The position numbers were made by a program, and so were the translations under genes. DNA of 64,000 nt from the NCBI GenBank assembly GCA_039545335.1, contig BCIN01000002.1, positions 2,324,678 to 2,388,677 on the forward strand, in the 5' to 3' direction. The notes under the pieces are model-generated. The model was not told the origin of the DNA. It saw only the letters and a program-made list of their open reading frames with translations, and ran no database searches. Origin of the DNA: Kondoa subrosea. Taxonomy: Eukaryota. Positions 1 through 13,784 of the stretch are shown here, piece after piece (within the stretch, counting starts at the first letter, position 1; the number at the start of each line of letters is the position of its first letter).

Positions 1-3000
1 AATATTGGGAATGAACTATCGTGAAGCTTGGCCTGAGGTAACGAATGCACCAGGATAATAGCGTCCTCGCCGTCTTATGTATTCGTTTCTTGTCAGGTTT
101 GGTCTTATTTGGAGGCTCCCGTAGCTCTCGCAATGCAGGGCAAAACAACATACGCTGAAGATACGCAGATGTTCCTGCAAAGAGGGGAATTACTTGAAGA
201 GTGGTGAGTCAACAATATCACTCCCGCCAAAGTAGGCTGATTTCACTCCATTGTGGAAAACAGTTATTTTTCGTGGAGTATGATACCCATTCGTAACGAG
301 CAGCAAGAAGTCTGCGCCATCTCAATACCAAATTTCGATCGAACCAAAGCTTTTATTGGTCAACGGAGAATCAATTTTCTGCGTGATTTCGGCCTTCGTC
401 TCTCACTGGCTACCACTCTTGAAGACTTATATCGGGAAGCAATAATAGCTGTTCGCGAGCTCCGGGTGGATTTTCCAGCCGTCGTCTTCTACGATTGTAG
501 TGCATCCAGCACCGCGATGAGCAGCGCATCCGCTATGTCGTCTGATTCGGATACCAAGAGTCGGACATCCACATCAGACAGCTTAAGAAGTGCAGACTCA
601 GAACCCGTCCAGTACCAATACTTTCTTGTCGACTCCTTTGGTTTTCCGGTTGAGGATCATACCATGTGCCCATCTACAATCGATTCACAGACTGATCAAA
701 ACAGGTCGAAGCACCGCGAAACACCACAAACCAATCCTTCTTCTCAACCATCTTTACGCTCTTATGTACTCAAAGCTCAATCATCAAAAACCATTCAAGT
801 CATTAGCCCAGAAGATACGCGCTGCTTTGCGGAAAGAATGGCGAGGACATCTCTCGGCGATCAAATTAATCAAATTGTGCTATTGCCAATACGAACAAAC
901 GATAACAAATTGAGATCCATTGCTGTCATCGGATTAAATCCTCGCAAGGGATTGGATCAAGACTATGCAACATTCTTGGAAGTGTTTGCTCAGGGCTTTA
1001 GCGTAGGTCAGCCGTGCGTTCAGCTGTTCCCGTCTCATATATCGAAAAGAGCGCGCTCGCAAGCATTTTGCTTCACTCGGAAGAAGTTCGACGGTCGCAC
1101 GCTTTAGCTAGCTTGAATAAGCAAAAGAACGATGAACTGCAAACACTTTTAGCTGCAAGAACTGCTGAACTCAACTCCTCTGAAGCGCGATTCGAAATGA
1201 TGGCCTCGATATCGTGAGTCATAACCTTTTGATCAATTGTTTTTCCTAGACTCACACGTACGACAATAGACCTGCAGGTATCTTCATGTCCAACAGTCAA
1301 GAAGTCATTTATGCCAATGATGCGTGTGAGTCTTGCGACCTTCACTTTTGGCGTACGACTAATCTTCTTGGCTAGGGTATGCCATAAGTGGCGTACCACG
1401 CGGTGATGTCAAGCAGTTCATGGACTATGTGCATCCAGATGATTTAGCCTTTGCCATCGATGTCTGGTCAAATGCACATACAACCGATATCCCAGCTGTG
1501 CCTTGCGAGTTCCGCTGGAAGGTTCCAGCGGGGGAAGAAGAGCGTTGGTCGATGGCGATCTCGAAACCAGCTATAGACGAAGTTAGCTTTTCCTACAACC
1601 CCGAGCTTCTGTTGACTGAATGTGCACCCGCGATAGCACGGAAATATCCTATTTATTGCTGGATGTATTCTCGATATAAGTCAGCGCAAACTAGTGGAAC
1701 GCCTGCAATCGAAAAGGGTGTTAGAAGCAGAAGAGCACAAGCGGCAGCAGAACGCTTTCCTTGATATGACCTCGCACGAACTTCGTAATCCGTAAGCCAA
1801 AGCGGAACCTTATTCCTTCTTATCTGATTTCCTTCTAGCTTGGGAGCGATATATTTGGCTTCCGATCACGCATCAGAGCTATTAGATGGGCTCTTGGATG
1901 GCCTGACAGCGTCTAGCAAAGTGCATTCGCAGGCGACCGAATGCCTTGGCGATCTCAAGATTATCGCGCACTGCACTCAGCATATGACACGTTTGATAGA
2001 CGAGTAAGCTGCTCTATCTTCACATCCAGCGTTCGTAATGGCACTTGATTACAGTACCTTGACGCTATCGAAGCTGGATAACAATTTTCTGTGCGTTAAT
2101 CCCGTGGATACGTCTCAGTCCGCCCTAATTTGCACGAATCTTTCTGTCAGGGTCGTCACTCAAGTAGCATCAAATCCTGCTGAATGCATAGAGGACGCTC
2201 TCTCTCTCTTTTCTGGGGAGATGCGAAGTAAGGACATTGAATGTTCATTACGCTTCGGAGATGGTTATAAGGCAAACAACGTGCACTGGATCAAAACTGA
2301 GTAAGCGATTGGTCATCGTCGATATAGACTTAGCGACCTGACTGACTTATTTGCATCAGCCCGTCGCGACTGACGCAAATCCTCATCAATCTTCTTACGA
2401 ACGCTATAAAGGTCCGCTCTTGTCTATGTTGAGTCCTGTGATTGAGAAAAAGGTGCAAATAGTTCACCGCCAAATCTGACACAAGAGCTATCACTGTCAC
2501 TGTCGATGCTTCACATACGCGACCCGTATTGTCAGGCTTCATTGCGCCGTCCCTACTCACGGAAGAGGAACAAAACTCGCGAAGATCTTCAACGACTGAT
2601 GACGAAGATGAGATTTTTCTTCAGATTCAAGTCCAAGACACAGGGCCCGGAGTTAGTCCTACGGAAATGCCTGCCTTGTTCCAGCGATTCAAACAAGCCA
2701 ACTCAAAAACTCATATCGCTTATGGGTGAGTTTTGCGTATTGAAGTCGCACTTCGAATGACGGTCTTGCAGCGGCAGCGGACTAGGATTATATATCAGCG
2801 CTCAGCTATCTGAAAAGCTCGGCGGGGCTATCAGTGTTCAGTCGCACTTCGGCGCCGGCACATGTTTTACCTTCTTTGTTCGAGCCACCAAATGCGAGCC
2901 AGTGGCTTCGCCAAGTACAGCATCGGCTGCTCGTCGCAATTGGATGCAGGCTCAATCTTCTATGATCACGTCTCCACCTATTATTGCAAGCGTCGAGGAC

Positions 3001-3801
3001 GTGCAGCCCATAGAACATCAAAAATCCTTGACTCTTCTGGTGATTGAAGACAATTTAGGTAACGTGATCAGCCATTTCTAGTACACTGGGATCCAACGCT
3101 GTATCACAGTGAACCAGCGTCTTCTCGTCAAGCAACTAGAACGCAACGCTTGCACCGTCTACACAGCAAAGTATGTCAAATTTTATCCTTTTCGTGACCT
3201 TGTTGCTAAGTTCTGGTATAAAAGTAATGGTCAGGAAGCCCTGGACTTCCTACTGCATCAGAGTAGCTTGGTTAATGCGCATGGTCTTGTCATTGGTAAG
3301 TTGTGCCCTCTAGAATACTCTCTTCGATGCTCAACGCCAGGACAGATTGTTGCTTGTATGTTCCTATTTCTGCGTATCCGTGTGCTTACTTAACCGTGCG
3401 ATGCAAGATGCGACATCGAGATGCCTGTAATGGATGGGCTGACTGGTACTCTTCCCTATATTTCATCGGTCAATCGCATGATGCTGAAAGATCCTCTTTA
3501 GCTGTCAAGGAGATTCGAAAGATGGAAGATTCGGGCATCTTCCCTGGTCATTTGCCTGTCATCGGTGTCTCTGCAAATGCAAGACAGGAGCAAAGAGATA
3601 TGATGCTAGCTGCAGGTAAAGCAATTCGCCAACATTCCCTTGCCTGAACATGCGGATACCAAACTTTCAAACAGGCATGGACACTAGCGTTAGCAAGCCC
3701 TTTTCGATAACGCAAGGTGAGCTGCTCCTATTCCATTGTCGATTTGTTAGAGACTGACAGCGGTCAAAGTCATGCAAACCATTCATCGCCTTCTGGGTTA
3801 A
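1..3801 (+). CDS. Hybrid sensor histidine kinase (PAS + HisKA + HATPase + receiver), 5' end outside window, many introns
   Basis: Spliced translation gives PAS (FMDYVHPDDL), H-box LDMTSHELRNP (~1760-1790), N-box LINLLTNAIK, G1 VQDTGPG, F/G2 LFQRFKQ...YG|GSGLGL, and a receiver (VIEDN, CDIEMPVMDG, GVSANA, SKPF). Stop TAA at 3799-3801. Confidence 0.92.
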
Positions 3802-4646
3802 TCGGCGACGAGAAGCGCAATGTGCCGCCTTCATCTGTGTTGAATAGGAATCGTCATGTAAAGGAAAATTTGAGGTGCGCTTAGCCAAGTCTATTCGTTC
3901 AGTTGATTGACACTTTAGTAGGCAAAGCAGCAGCTGTTCAGTATGTTGACGTTATTGTACTTCTTGCAGCACATTGTAGAGTTCAGTTCTAGAGAGATGT
4001 AATCAGAGTCAACACACCCCTTAAGGCTTACAGTGCATGACAATAAATTTGAGACACATTTTCTTTTAGTATCAACGGTCCTTCGTCATAGAAGAGACTC
4101 ATACCCCATACACTTGCCCCTCGGAGCGTCGTCAGTAGGACGTACTCCCCAGTGCCAGGCATCGAACGCGGTTATATACCCTTCGAAAAGCGATCTCTGC
4201 ATTTTCTGTCTGTTTTCAGCAGGTTCGCCTAATTTCTGCAAAGGATCAGCGTTTGGAACACTTGGCCGATTGTCTGTTTGCTTGTTTCTCGTAGATCTCA
4301 AGCAGAACAGAGCCGGCTCTCTCTTTGCGGCTCACCTACCTTTGATTTATTTCATTTCCGCAAAGTCGCCTCGAAAGCCCGCGGAAACCTCTCACATTGA
4401 CCTGTTGGACACTCCAAGGTTGGTCACTGCGTCTCAAATTTGATCCAAGCGCATAATATCTCAAGTTCTGGGCTCTTTCTTGAAGTTCATCAAGACTTGA
4501 ATCGCCACTACCTTCCTCGCCAGCAAACTCGTCGCTCCCGTTACCAAGGTTTTCGAACTTTCTGACCACTTCAACTGTAAGGAATTCTGCTGGGCTGAAA
4601 GATCGCCAGAGAGTAGTATTCAACTGATTTCGGCGGAACAAACAGG

Positions 4647-7600
4647 ATGTCAAAAGCAGCACCTCCACTTTCATACGCAGCTAAAGCCAAACAAACCGCC
4701 GCCGCACAACAGCAATCAGCAGCTTCGTCTCGTGTACCTTCTCCAGCAGCTTCTCAACCAGCTACGCCTGTTTCTCAAGCACAACAGAATGGCTCATCGG
4801 CGGCTGTAAATGCCGGCAAGCACGCCTCTAATGGCTCAGTATCAGGCTTGCCTTCAAAGCCAGTAGTAGGTGGGTATAGAAATCCAAAGAGGGCCGAATA
4901 TACACCTGAGACGGAATTTTGTTCTTCAGCTTCTTATAGCTCTGTCGCTGTACAAAAGCCAGCAACGGATGTAGCACCTGTCAAAGAGACAGCACCAGTG
5001 TCGAATTCGACACCTCCTTTGCTTTCGACCGCTACTAAAGCACCAGCAACGACAGCTAGCACACCAGCTACACCTCTAGTAAATGGTACAGCATCCACAG
5101 CCAGCAAGGCGCCTCTGCCAAAGATAGATTTCAATTCTTTCTTTCAAAGCAGCTCTGCTTCGACCAGTAATCCTCCTTCGCCTCCGGCTACTTCGAATCC
5201 GTCAACTCTAGAAGATGGCAGAAGATCTGTTTCCACTTATGATCCTACCACATCGCGACCGCCGCATACATCCGTATCGCCTATACCGTCAGCGTTTCAA
5301 TCGAGTTTAACGGGATCAGCTCGCACCTTCTCGCCTTCACCCTCAGCTGTTTTGTCTCCTACTTTTCACCCTTCGCAACCTTACAACCAGTTTCATCCAT
5401 CGTCCAGTCATGGACCTTCTGGCAAGTCACCTAACGCTAGTTCAGGCTTTGCGAACAATTACAACAACGTTGGGCCAAACTCGAGACAAGGCCAAAGTGG
5501 TTACAACTCAAATCGCAATTCGATGAATGGACCACCCAGAAATTATTCGAGCGGGCCTACATCTCCTCGCATGCCAAATGGGCAGTTGCCGAATCAACAG
5601 CAATATGCTCCATATCCGCCGCCTGCCGGAAGTCAGAATTGGCAACAACAGCCTTACGGCTATCAAGGCTATGGTCAGTATTATGGCGCTCCTGCTTTTG
5701 TTCCAGGTCAATCTGCATTGAATGCCTCTGGAGGACCTCCTTCGCTTCAACGGAATCCAAGCAGTGGAATGCTGCCTAGCTCGAATTCGCAACACTCTGG
5801 ATCTCCTCAGCCAGCTTCTAGCACTTTGATGTCCTCGACAACAAGTTCTGTATCTGGCTGGCAACCATCTACTGGTCCTTCCACACCTGCACCTAGTACT
5901 CCTTCCATGCAAAGTAGTAATCTTCCATCTAACACGTCTACACCTTCTTCCGCTTTCCGACCTGGAGCAGCGAGCTTCAACCCAACAGCTTACGAATTTC
6001 AACCAAGCTCTGGAATTTTCCGCCCTGCACCAAAAAGCAGTGCTATTCTGATCCGGAAACCACCTGCTACGCCTACCAAAGACAAATCTGTTGCTCCTTC
6101 TACTACATCTACGCCCTCTGTTGCCGATAAAACAGCAGAAGATGAAGCTGCTTCCAAGAAAGCTAAAGAAGAGCAAGAAGTACGGGATAAAGCTAAAGCT
6201 GAAGCTGAGGCGGCTGTCTTGGAGGCTAAAGCAAAAGCTGATAAAGAAGCTGCTGAAGAGAAAGAAGCTGCCGAAAAGAAGCAAAAGGCGGAAGAAGAAG
6301 AAGCGAAAGCGAAATCTGAAGCCGAAAGTAAAGCCAAAGCTGAAGAAGCTGAACGTGTCGCTCGAGAGCAATCGGAGAAAGAGCAAAAAGAGAAGGAGGA
6401 GAAAGAAGCTCAAGAGAAAGCTAAAGCTGAAGAGGAATCTAAAGCTAAAGCTGCAGCTGAAGAACAAGCCAAGTTGGCTGCTGAAGAAGCTGCTAGCAAG
6501 AAAGCTGAAGAGGAACGCAAAATTGCTGAAGCTGTTGTCGCTGAAAACAATGCGAAAGAGCAGGCTAGCAATGAAGAAGCTGCTAAAGCTCTCGCCGCTT
6601 CAGCTTCTAAAGCATCAGAAGTTGCTGCTGATACCGAAGGTACATTTCCCTTCAAGCACTCCGGGACTATGCTGATTTCTCATATCGCTAAAGCAGAAGC
6701 TTCCGCATCATCTACTCGACCAACCTCACCGGCACCTGCCCCGACACCTGCTGCTACCGACGGCGACAACGAAAAGAAGCGTACAGCTCCACCTCAACCT
6801 CTAGAATTAACGAAGAAATCAGGTCACAGCAGACAACTCTCGACCGACACTAGACCAGTCAGCAATGCTGCTCTTCGTACCGCGAAATCGATTGTCGACC
6901 TCAAAGCTATTGAATATCCTGATACTATCTCTTCGCCCGAAGCTGCGCTCAATGCCAATGCACCACCAGGCAAATTCCGCTACAACCGAGACTTTTTGCT
7001 ACAGTTCCTAGACATTTGCCGTGAACGCCCTGAACAGCTACCCTCTCTCGAAGCTATTGGCATGTCCGATGCAGATGGATCTGCATACACTCCTGCAAGT
7101 GGTGCAGCCCCAGGCACTCCTCGGTTGCCGCCGTACGGCAATGTAGGCGGCATGAACAGACGAACAACCTCTCAGACCGGCTCCGCTCGTGGTGTAGCTC
7201 CGCCAAGAATCGGTCAGCAGTTCCCTGCTATGGGTCAATTTGGCGCACCTGCTGCACAGCTCTCCAGTGCTGAACGCTATCAGCAATCTCTCGCCAATGC
7301 TCCTATGGGCGGCGGCTTCCCAGGCAGACCCGGCGGAATGATGAGACAAGCAAGTGCTGGACCTCTCAAAGCTATGGGCTCCATGTCTGGCATGGGTCGC
7401 GCCAATGACAGACGTAGTGGCAAGGGCTCGCAAAGATCTAGACCTGACCACTCTCGCCAAGCTTCGCAAATGGTGCTCAGCGGCGAATATGTTGAACCTT
7501 TGCAGACAACTGACAACGCTTGGACACCAAACGTCGGAGCTGCTGCATCGAATAAACAGACGGATACGAACGCACCCGAATATGTCCAACGCAAGGTTAA

Positions 7601-9621
7601 GGCTCTGCTCAACAAGCTTACTATGGAGAAGTTCGATAGTATCTCGAATCAAATCCTTGAATGGGCAAACAAGTCTGAAAATGAGACTGATGGTCGCATA
7701 TTGCGGCAAGTTATCGCTCTAATCTTCGAGAAAGCTACCGACGAGGCACAATGGAGTGAAATGTATGCTCGTCTGTGTAGGAAGGCGAGTAGCATCTATA
7801 TCAAATAGTGTCTTGCTCATTGCTTATTCAGATACAAGAAATTCTGAGCCCGAACGTCAAAGATGCAGACCTTGGCGATACAGTCTTTGGTGGTTCTCTT
7901 TTCCGAAAGTATCTCCTCAATCGCTGTCAAGAAGATTACGAAAAGGGTTGGACAGAGAAACAGCAAGCAGCAGTAGCCGCAGCAGCGAAAGCCACAGATG
8001 ACGCTGAGAAGCAAGCCGCCAATGAGAAAGCAAAGGCTGAAGAGGTATGTTTTTTGCTTGCAATGACGCTACACAATGCTTATATTGACATCAGGCTGAA
8101 AAGGGCGAAGACGCCGGCCAAAGCAAAGAAGCTGAAATGATGAGCGATGAATACTATATCGCTCAGAAGGCCAAACGGCGAGGTCTTGGTCTTGTTCGAT
8201 TCATTGGCGAATTATACAAGCTGAACATGTTGACTGCAAGAATCATGAGAGAATGTGTGCAGAAGCTGCTTTCGTATGTTTTAAGGATGTCAGTCGCTGC
8301 AGTTCACTCATTACCGCTTGATCAGGAATGTAGCGGATCCTGAGGAGGAAGACATGGAAGCTCTAGTCCGTCTCTTGACAACAGTCGGTAAACAACTAGA
8401 AGACGACAATCCCAGCAAAACCGAACAGGGCTTGCAAAAGTCAAGAGGGTTGATGAGTGTGTACTTCGAACGTCTCATTCTCATTCGCGACAATAAGGCT
8501 GTACCGTCTCGAATTCAATTCATGGTCCAAGATCTGATAGACATGCGGAAAGCCGGCTGGAAGGGCAAGCCTGGTGTTGGTGGACCAAAAACCATTGCCG
8601 AAATTCACAAAGACGTGAGTTTAGATCTTGAATCTTGCGTAGCAGTGCCTTACCACTTGTGCAGGCTAAGCAAGCTGAAGCTGAAGCTGCTCGCCGAACA
8701 GCAAGTTCAGGTGGCAGATTACCCACTATGAGCCAACAGATGGGTGGCCGACCGCAATCGCGTCGTGGGCAGCCGAGAGAAGCTGGTCCAGATGGTTGGC
8801 AAGCTGTTGGAACTGCACCTCCTCCAGCTCGTCCGCGTCAAGCTGGCGATCTCGCGAACTTTGGCAAACTTCGAGGCTCTCAATCTGGGTCTGAGCGAGT
8901 TCTCGGTTCTGGCAAGAGCGTGTTCAACAGGAACAATCAAGCTAGACAACCTGATGCTGCTGCTGAAGCTCCTCGGCAACAGAACGCCTTTGCTGCCCTC
9001 GCTGCAGATGCTGGCGAAGCGACGGAAACTTCATCTGAACGCCCTAAGATTCAGCTTCTGGCTCGTACGAAACCTCTTGAAGGTGAAGAAGAAGCAACTG
9101 AAGAAGGTGAAGTTGCGGAAGAAGGCGAAGCTGAGGCGGAAGAAGAGGAAGATGAGGAAGATGATGTAGAAGAAGAGGAGATGAGCGAAGAAAATATTCA
9201 ACGGTCGATCAAGAACTCGGTTGCTGAATATTTCGCTGTTCGAAATCTTGAAGAAGGTGTTGAGACCTTCAAAGCCCTTCCCTCATCAGCCCGTCATCGT
9301 TTGGCAGAAGCTCTTGGTTCAGCGGCTATTGAAAAGAAAGAAGCTGATGCCAAAATGGTCGCTCTTCTTTACACTGCTGTATCTGAGCGAGACCTAATGT
9401 CTCTTGATCAATTCCTCGAGGGCATGAAGCCCATAATCAAGACTCTGGCTGATGTTGCGACTGATGCGCCCAAAGCTTACACTTATGCTGCAATGCTGCT
9501 GAAAGGTGCCAACCTGTCAGAAGATCAAGTCAAGACTCTTTCGGAAAACATGGAATCTGAAGATGAGGAGGTTGAGGAAGCTCAAGAGCGATTATTGGGC
9601 GAATTCCTCAAACAAGCTTGA
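4647..9621 (+). CDS. TIF4631: Eukaryotic translation initiation factor 4G
   Basis: eIF4E-binding motif YNRDFLL (YxxxxL-phi); MIF4G domain (VKALLNKLT...FEKATDE...GLVRFIGELYK...SRIQFM); C-terminal MA3-like helical domain; long low-complexity N-terminus with an E/K/A coil. Confidence 0.95.
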
Positions 9622-9861
9622 AGTTTGTAAGTCGAATTTTTCATGTTTCGTGATGAAGGTTGACTGAATTCTTGAATTAGTAATAGGACTCGCTTGAATG
9701 TATAATACAAGAGTTCTTTCAGTGCAAGCAGTACCAATTGTCATCAGACCGTCATGGGTTATTAGCAACATTAGGGTTTCTCTGCTAATTTAATTGCTTC
9801 TTATCTTTCTAATGCATGCTAAAGAATAGTCATTTCATTTCCATATGCTGTCGATCCCTTC

Positions 9862-11200
9862 TCAAGTTGCCTTTTCTGCTCTTGCTTTCTTTCTCAAGGC
9901 TCTTTTCCTGATATCTAGGTGCAGAGTCTTGTTATACCAAAACCACATTGGCCAAGTTCCGACTCGGTCGCCAAACCATTGAATAATAGCATGACCGAGA
10001 TAAGGTGTAGATACGTAAGGCATGTCGCCTGTCGCACCAACTTGCTGACCGATATGCGATAGCACTGACTTGACATAGGCTTTGGGCATTGGAATGAACG
10101 GTGAGGGTTTTCGGATCTTGGAAAGATTTGATACCTGGTGTAGATGAATTAGGAGAGACATGCTAGAATTGAGAATACATACGACAAAGTAAGTGTTAAT
10201 CAAGGAGACAGTGATGCCTTTGTCTGATAACTCTGAACCCAGAGCCTGCGAAAAGGTAGAAACGAATGACTTCGAACCAGAGTAGACGGATAGTAAAGGT
10301 GATGGTAACCAAGCGGAGAAAGAACCAATGTTCAAGATCAATCCTCTTCGACTAGATTGCGAGCGTGAGACAGGTAATCCTAGTACTGAAGTATGAAATC
10401 TTACCGCTCAGTCATTCCTGGAACTACGATGCGAGTCATCTTCACAAGGGAATCGACATTGATCTTGAGGATAGCATCGCATTCAGCTTCAGGCATTGCT
10501 GCAAAGTATTCTGGGTAGTCGTGACTCTTGCCAACGTTATTCACTGCAGGGATGTTAATTAGACAGCAAAAGGAAAGGCGTCTCACTGACCCAGTACTCC
10601 GATGTCCAAAGGAGAAAGCTTCGACTTGATCTTCGCCCAATCTTCAGCAGTTGCATTGGCAAAGTCGAAAGCAATGTATTTTGTATCGACTTTGTGCTTC
10701 GTCTCTGTCGAAGAACAGGGCAAAGCTGAGCAGGACTCTGAAACTCAGCAGAACAAGACGGACCAATATCTTTCGCAGCCAATTCCAGTCGTTTAGCATC
10801 CCTTGACACGAGCACAACTTTGAATCCAGCTTTGGCTAATTGATCCGCAAACTCCAGTCCAATTCCAGCTGTAGCTCCAGTCACCACAGCCCAAGCACCT
10901 TTCTTTGAGCCAAATTTGGTCAACTTTGAATCTTACGACGATCAGTGCTTGTCCCAAGATTGTATACCTCGAGTAGAACTTACAGATATCCCTCCTACAG
11001 CCCATTGCAAGAATAGTCTGCCTATACTGAGCACATAATTCGTGCAGACAGCTACTCCAACCAAAGTGAACAAGAGAAGCGCAAGGGATTGCTTGTCGTC
11101 TGGTTTGGCTTGAATAGTCAGCTGGTGCTATCAATCGAGTCCTATCGTGTGACCCACCTGAGACTCTCAGCCTGTAAGTGTCGACGAATTCTTTACTCAT
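9862..11200 (-). CDS. IFA38: Very-long-chain 3-oxoacyl-CoA reductase (SDR, KAR/17beta-HSD12-like)
   Basis: N-terminal TM segment, WAVVTGATAGIG Rossmann motif, VNNVG, catalytic YSGSK, basic C-terminus IRKRALRKK; ATG at 11200. Confidence 0.92.
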
Positions 11201-11245
11201 CGTTCTGGCTTGACATTTGCGAAATTGCATGCTGTAGTCGGAAAC

Positions 11246-12019
11246 ATGTCTGTCGCAACGAAGCCGATGTCAAAGGTCTTGGAACGACTCTGCATAGAAA
11301 TTCAAGTGCCTAGCAAATCTTTTGTTGTTTGGTCAAGTCATCGAATGGCTGCGCTGAGGTACTTTCAGCAATTATCGCAGCAATCTGGTAAGAAGCTAGT
11401 TGATTCAATCATGCCTTGGGTAAGTTCTTCTTCTGCGCATTGCTGCTGTCCGCTTATTGTTACTGTGGAGCACCCTGATCGATCTATACCAACACCTTAC
11501 TTCTTCATCTCTGTGGAACCACCACTAGCTTCCAAGTTGCTTTTGGCAGCCGAGTACCAAATTCCATATCCACAACTCGACTCCTCTTCTCTTTCTCGAT
11601 CCGAACTTCATTTCACTTCTTTAAACGACATGCGTTCAATACCTCACAATGATCCAGCAGCAAAACACATGACAGTAACAGTCACTTCAGCTCGTTTGCA
11701 ACCTGGAACCAAACCCACTCCTTCAGTCTATATTGAAAGAGCTTTGTACGGAACTGAAATCCCTCAACCTTTACAAGTATCGCCTAGACAGAAATTCGAT
11801 GTAGCAAGAACTCTTTTCCTAGATTTCTCTGGGTTTGCTAATCCTCCTTTGATGATGAGTTCAGAGATGAGGAGGTTGGCTACTCAGCAGAATCCGGCGA
11901 GTTGGAAGAGATTTGACGGGACGGATAACAGACCGCCAAGGCCACCGAGAAGGGAAGCAGGGAAGAGTAGGGAAGTGCGGGAGAAAGACGTAAAGGTGGA
12001 CGATTTGAAGGCAGCGTAG
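11246..12019 (+). CDS. Hypothetical protein
   Basis: Long open frame with one probable in-frame intron (GTAAGT ~11420). No recognised domain; start codon uncertain. Confidence 0.6.
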   Translation: MSVATKPMSKVLERLCIEIQVPSKSFVVWSSHRMAALRYFQQLSQQSGKKLVDSIMPWVSSSSAHCCCPLIVTVEHPDRSIPTPYFFISVEPPLASKLLLAAEYQIPYPQLDSSSLSRSELHFTSLNDMRSIPHNDPAAKHMTVTVTSARLQPGTKPTPSVYIERALYGTEIPQPLQVSPRQKFDVARTLFLDFSGFANPPLMMSSEMRRLATQQNPASWKRFDGTDNRPPRPPRREAGKSREVREKDVKVDDLKAA

Positions 12020-12343
12020 CTTTAAAATGTCAGAGTACATCTGGAGAAGATTAAGGATTTCTTCATTTTGGAGAGGTTTCCGCAGCGAGGTAAGCTCTAT
12101 TGCACGTACAGTCGTGCAGCTTAATGAACTCGCGGATTCACAGCCACGACTAGGTCTCTGTTAGCATGGGCTGACGCTCAGAAGGCGAATCGGAAACTAG
12201 GCTCTTGAGCATAAAGTATACCTACAGCTGTCGCAAACTTTCTGCCGCGAGATTACCGATCCCCGGGCCTCGCAAAATGCCACCGAATGGCATGATATAT
12301 TGTCATTTCGCGAAAACAGACCTTTTCTCTTAGCGGCGTGCCT

Positions 12344-13764
12344 ATGCTGCCAATTGTCGAGACTTACAAAGAATTCCTACCACACCTATTAGACAATACA
12401 CCCTGCCTCTTTCTACCTTCGCTGGTTACTGACTGGGCTGCAATTCAAGATTGGCGGACTACCGAAGGGATCAATCTAGCTCTACTTTCAGCTCGCTATG
12501 GCAATCAGGAAGTCTCTGTAGTAGACTGCGCAACAGGCGAGCGTAACGAAAGGCTATTACAAGAGGTTCTAGAGCTTTGGCAATCTGGCAACGAAGCAGG
12601 AGATACTCTATACATCAAAGATTGTGACTTCTTTTCTTGTATCAGTGTTATCCTGCATGTACCGATACGTGTGATCTGTCAGGGCATCTATATCGAAACT
12701 CCTCTATCCCTTTCTATTCCATTCCGAATGTGTTTCTTGACGATTGGATGAATGCTTCTTCGTCTGCAGATGATTTCCGTTTCGTAGTCCGTCACTCCCT
12801 GTCATTCCTTCTTGCAGTTCCATTCATTTCGTCACGTTTTGATCTTTAGTACTTGGGCAAAAAGAACACCTTCACTGGAGTCCATTGCGATGTCTATACT
12901 TCTTACTCCTGGTCGACGAATATAAGCGGTCGAAAAAGATGGTACCTTTTCCCACCACACGTACGCCAACATCTCCGAAGATCAGAATCAAGAACTTCCG
13001 AATTGGTTGAAGATGTTAGATCGATAAATGAGAAACTCTTTCCCAAATTCAAGGAAGCTTGGAAAGAAGTAGTCATAGTAGAACAAGGAGAAGGGGAGAC
13101 TATCTTTGTGTAAGTGATCTTTTTATCATATCCAAATGGTAGCTGAGCGGAGAGAGAATAGACCATCAGGCTGGTATCACCAAGTCATCAATCTCACAGA
13201 CTGTCTTTCAATCAATCATGTGAGTCCTGATCATACTCCTCTATCCGTGACTCAATGAATAGCAGAACTGGTGCAATTCGACAAACATACTGAGCATGTA
13301 TAATTCCCTTGACCTGCATGAACAAGATGTAGAAGAAGCTTTGGAAGACGTCAAGGAGCTTCTGCAACATCAGGGAAGTGGATGGAAGAAAGAGTGGCAC
13401 AAGAGTGTCCAGGATGTACTGAGGGCAGATAGCGGATGGGAGTGAGTTTGCGGGATCATTCTTCTTCTCACAGCCGCTCATTCAATCATAGCTGGACAAT
13501 CTTCTGGAAGATGGTCTTGTTCGTATTGCAACGAATGGAAAACCCTGATACGGTGCGATTCTTGCGCAAGCTCTTACTGTCAGATGACACTAAAAGCGTA
13601 AACAGTCGAGCGAATGGTATTGCCCACAGGAGCTACGACCTCCTCGATCATACATCAAAGACCAATTAAAACTTATCCTGACGAAGTTTAGAGAGAAGAG
13701 AGAGGAATTAGAGCACATAGGAGGTTTATCTAAAATCATAGACGAGATTTCTCTTTTATTGTGA
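12344..13764 (+). CDS. JMJD4: JmjC-domain 2OG/Fe(II) oxygenase, JMJD4-like
   Basis: Spliced motifs YIKDWHL, DDWMN, DFRFVYLG, HCDVYTSYSWSTNISGRKRW, FVPSGWYHQV, SINHNWCN; HxD...H triad intact. Confidence 0.9.
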
Positions 13765-13784
13765 ATCTCTCTTCATATATGGAT

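Noticed and set aside
5508..6467. 319-aa F/S/L-rich minus-strand ORF and K/L-rich alternate-frame ORFs
   Set aside because: Shadow frames of the GAA/GCT/AAA-rich E/A/K coil of eIF4G.
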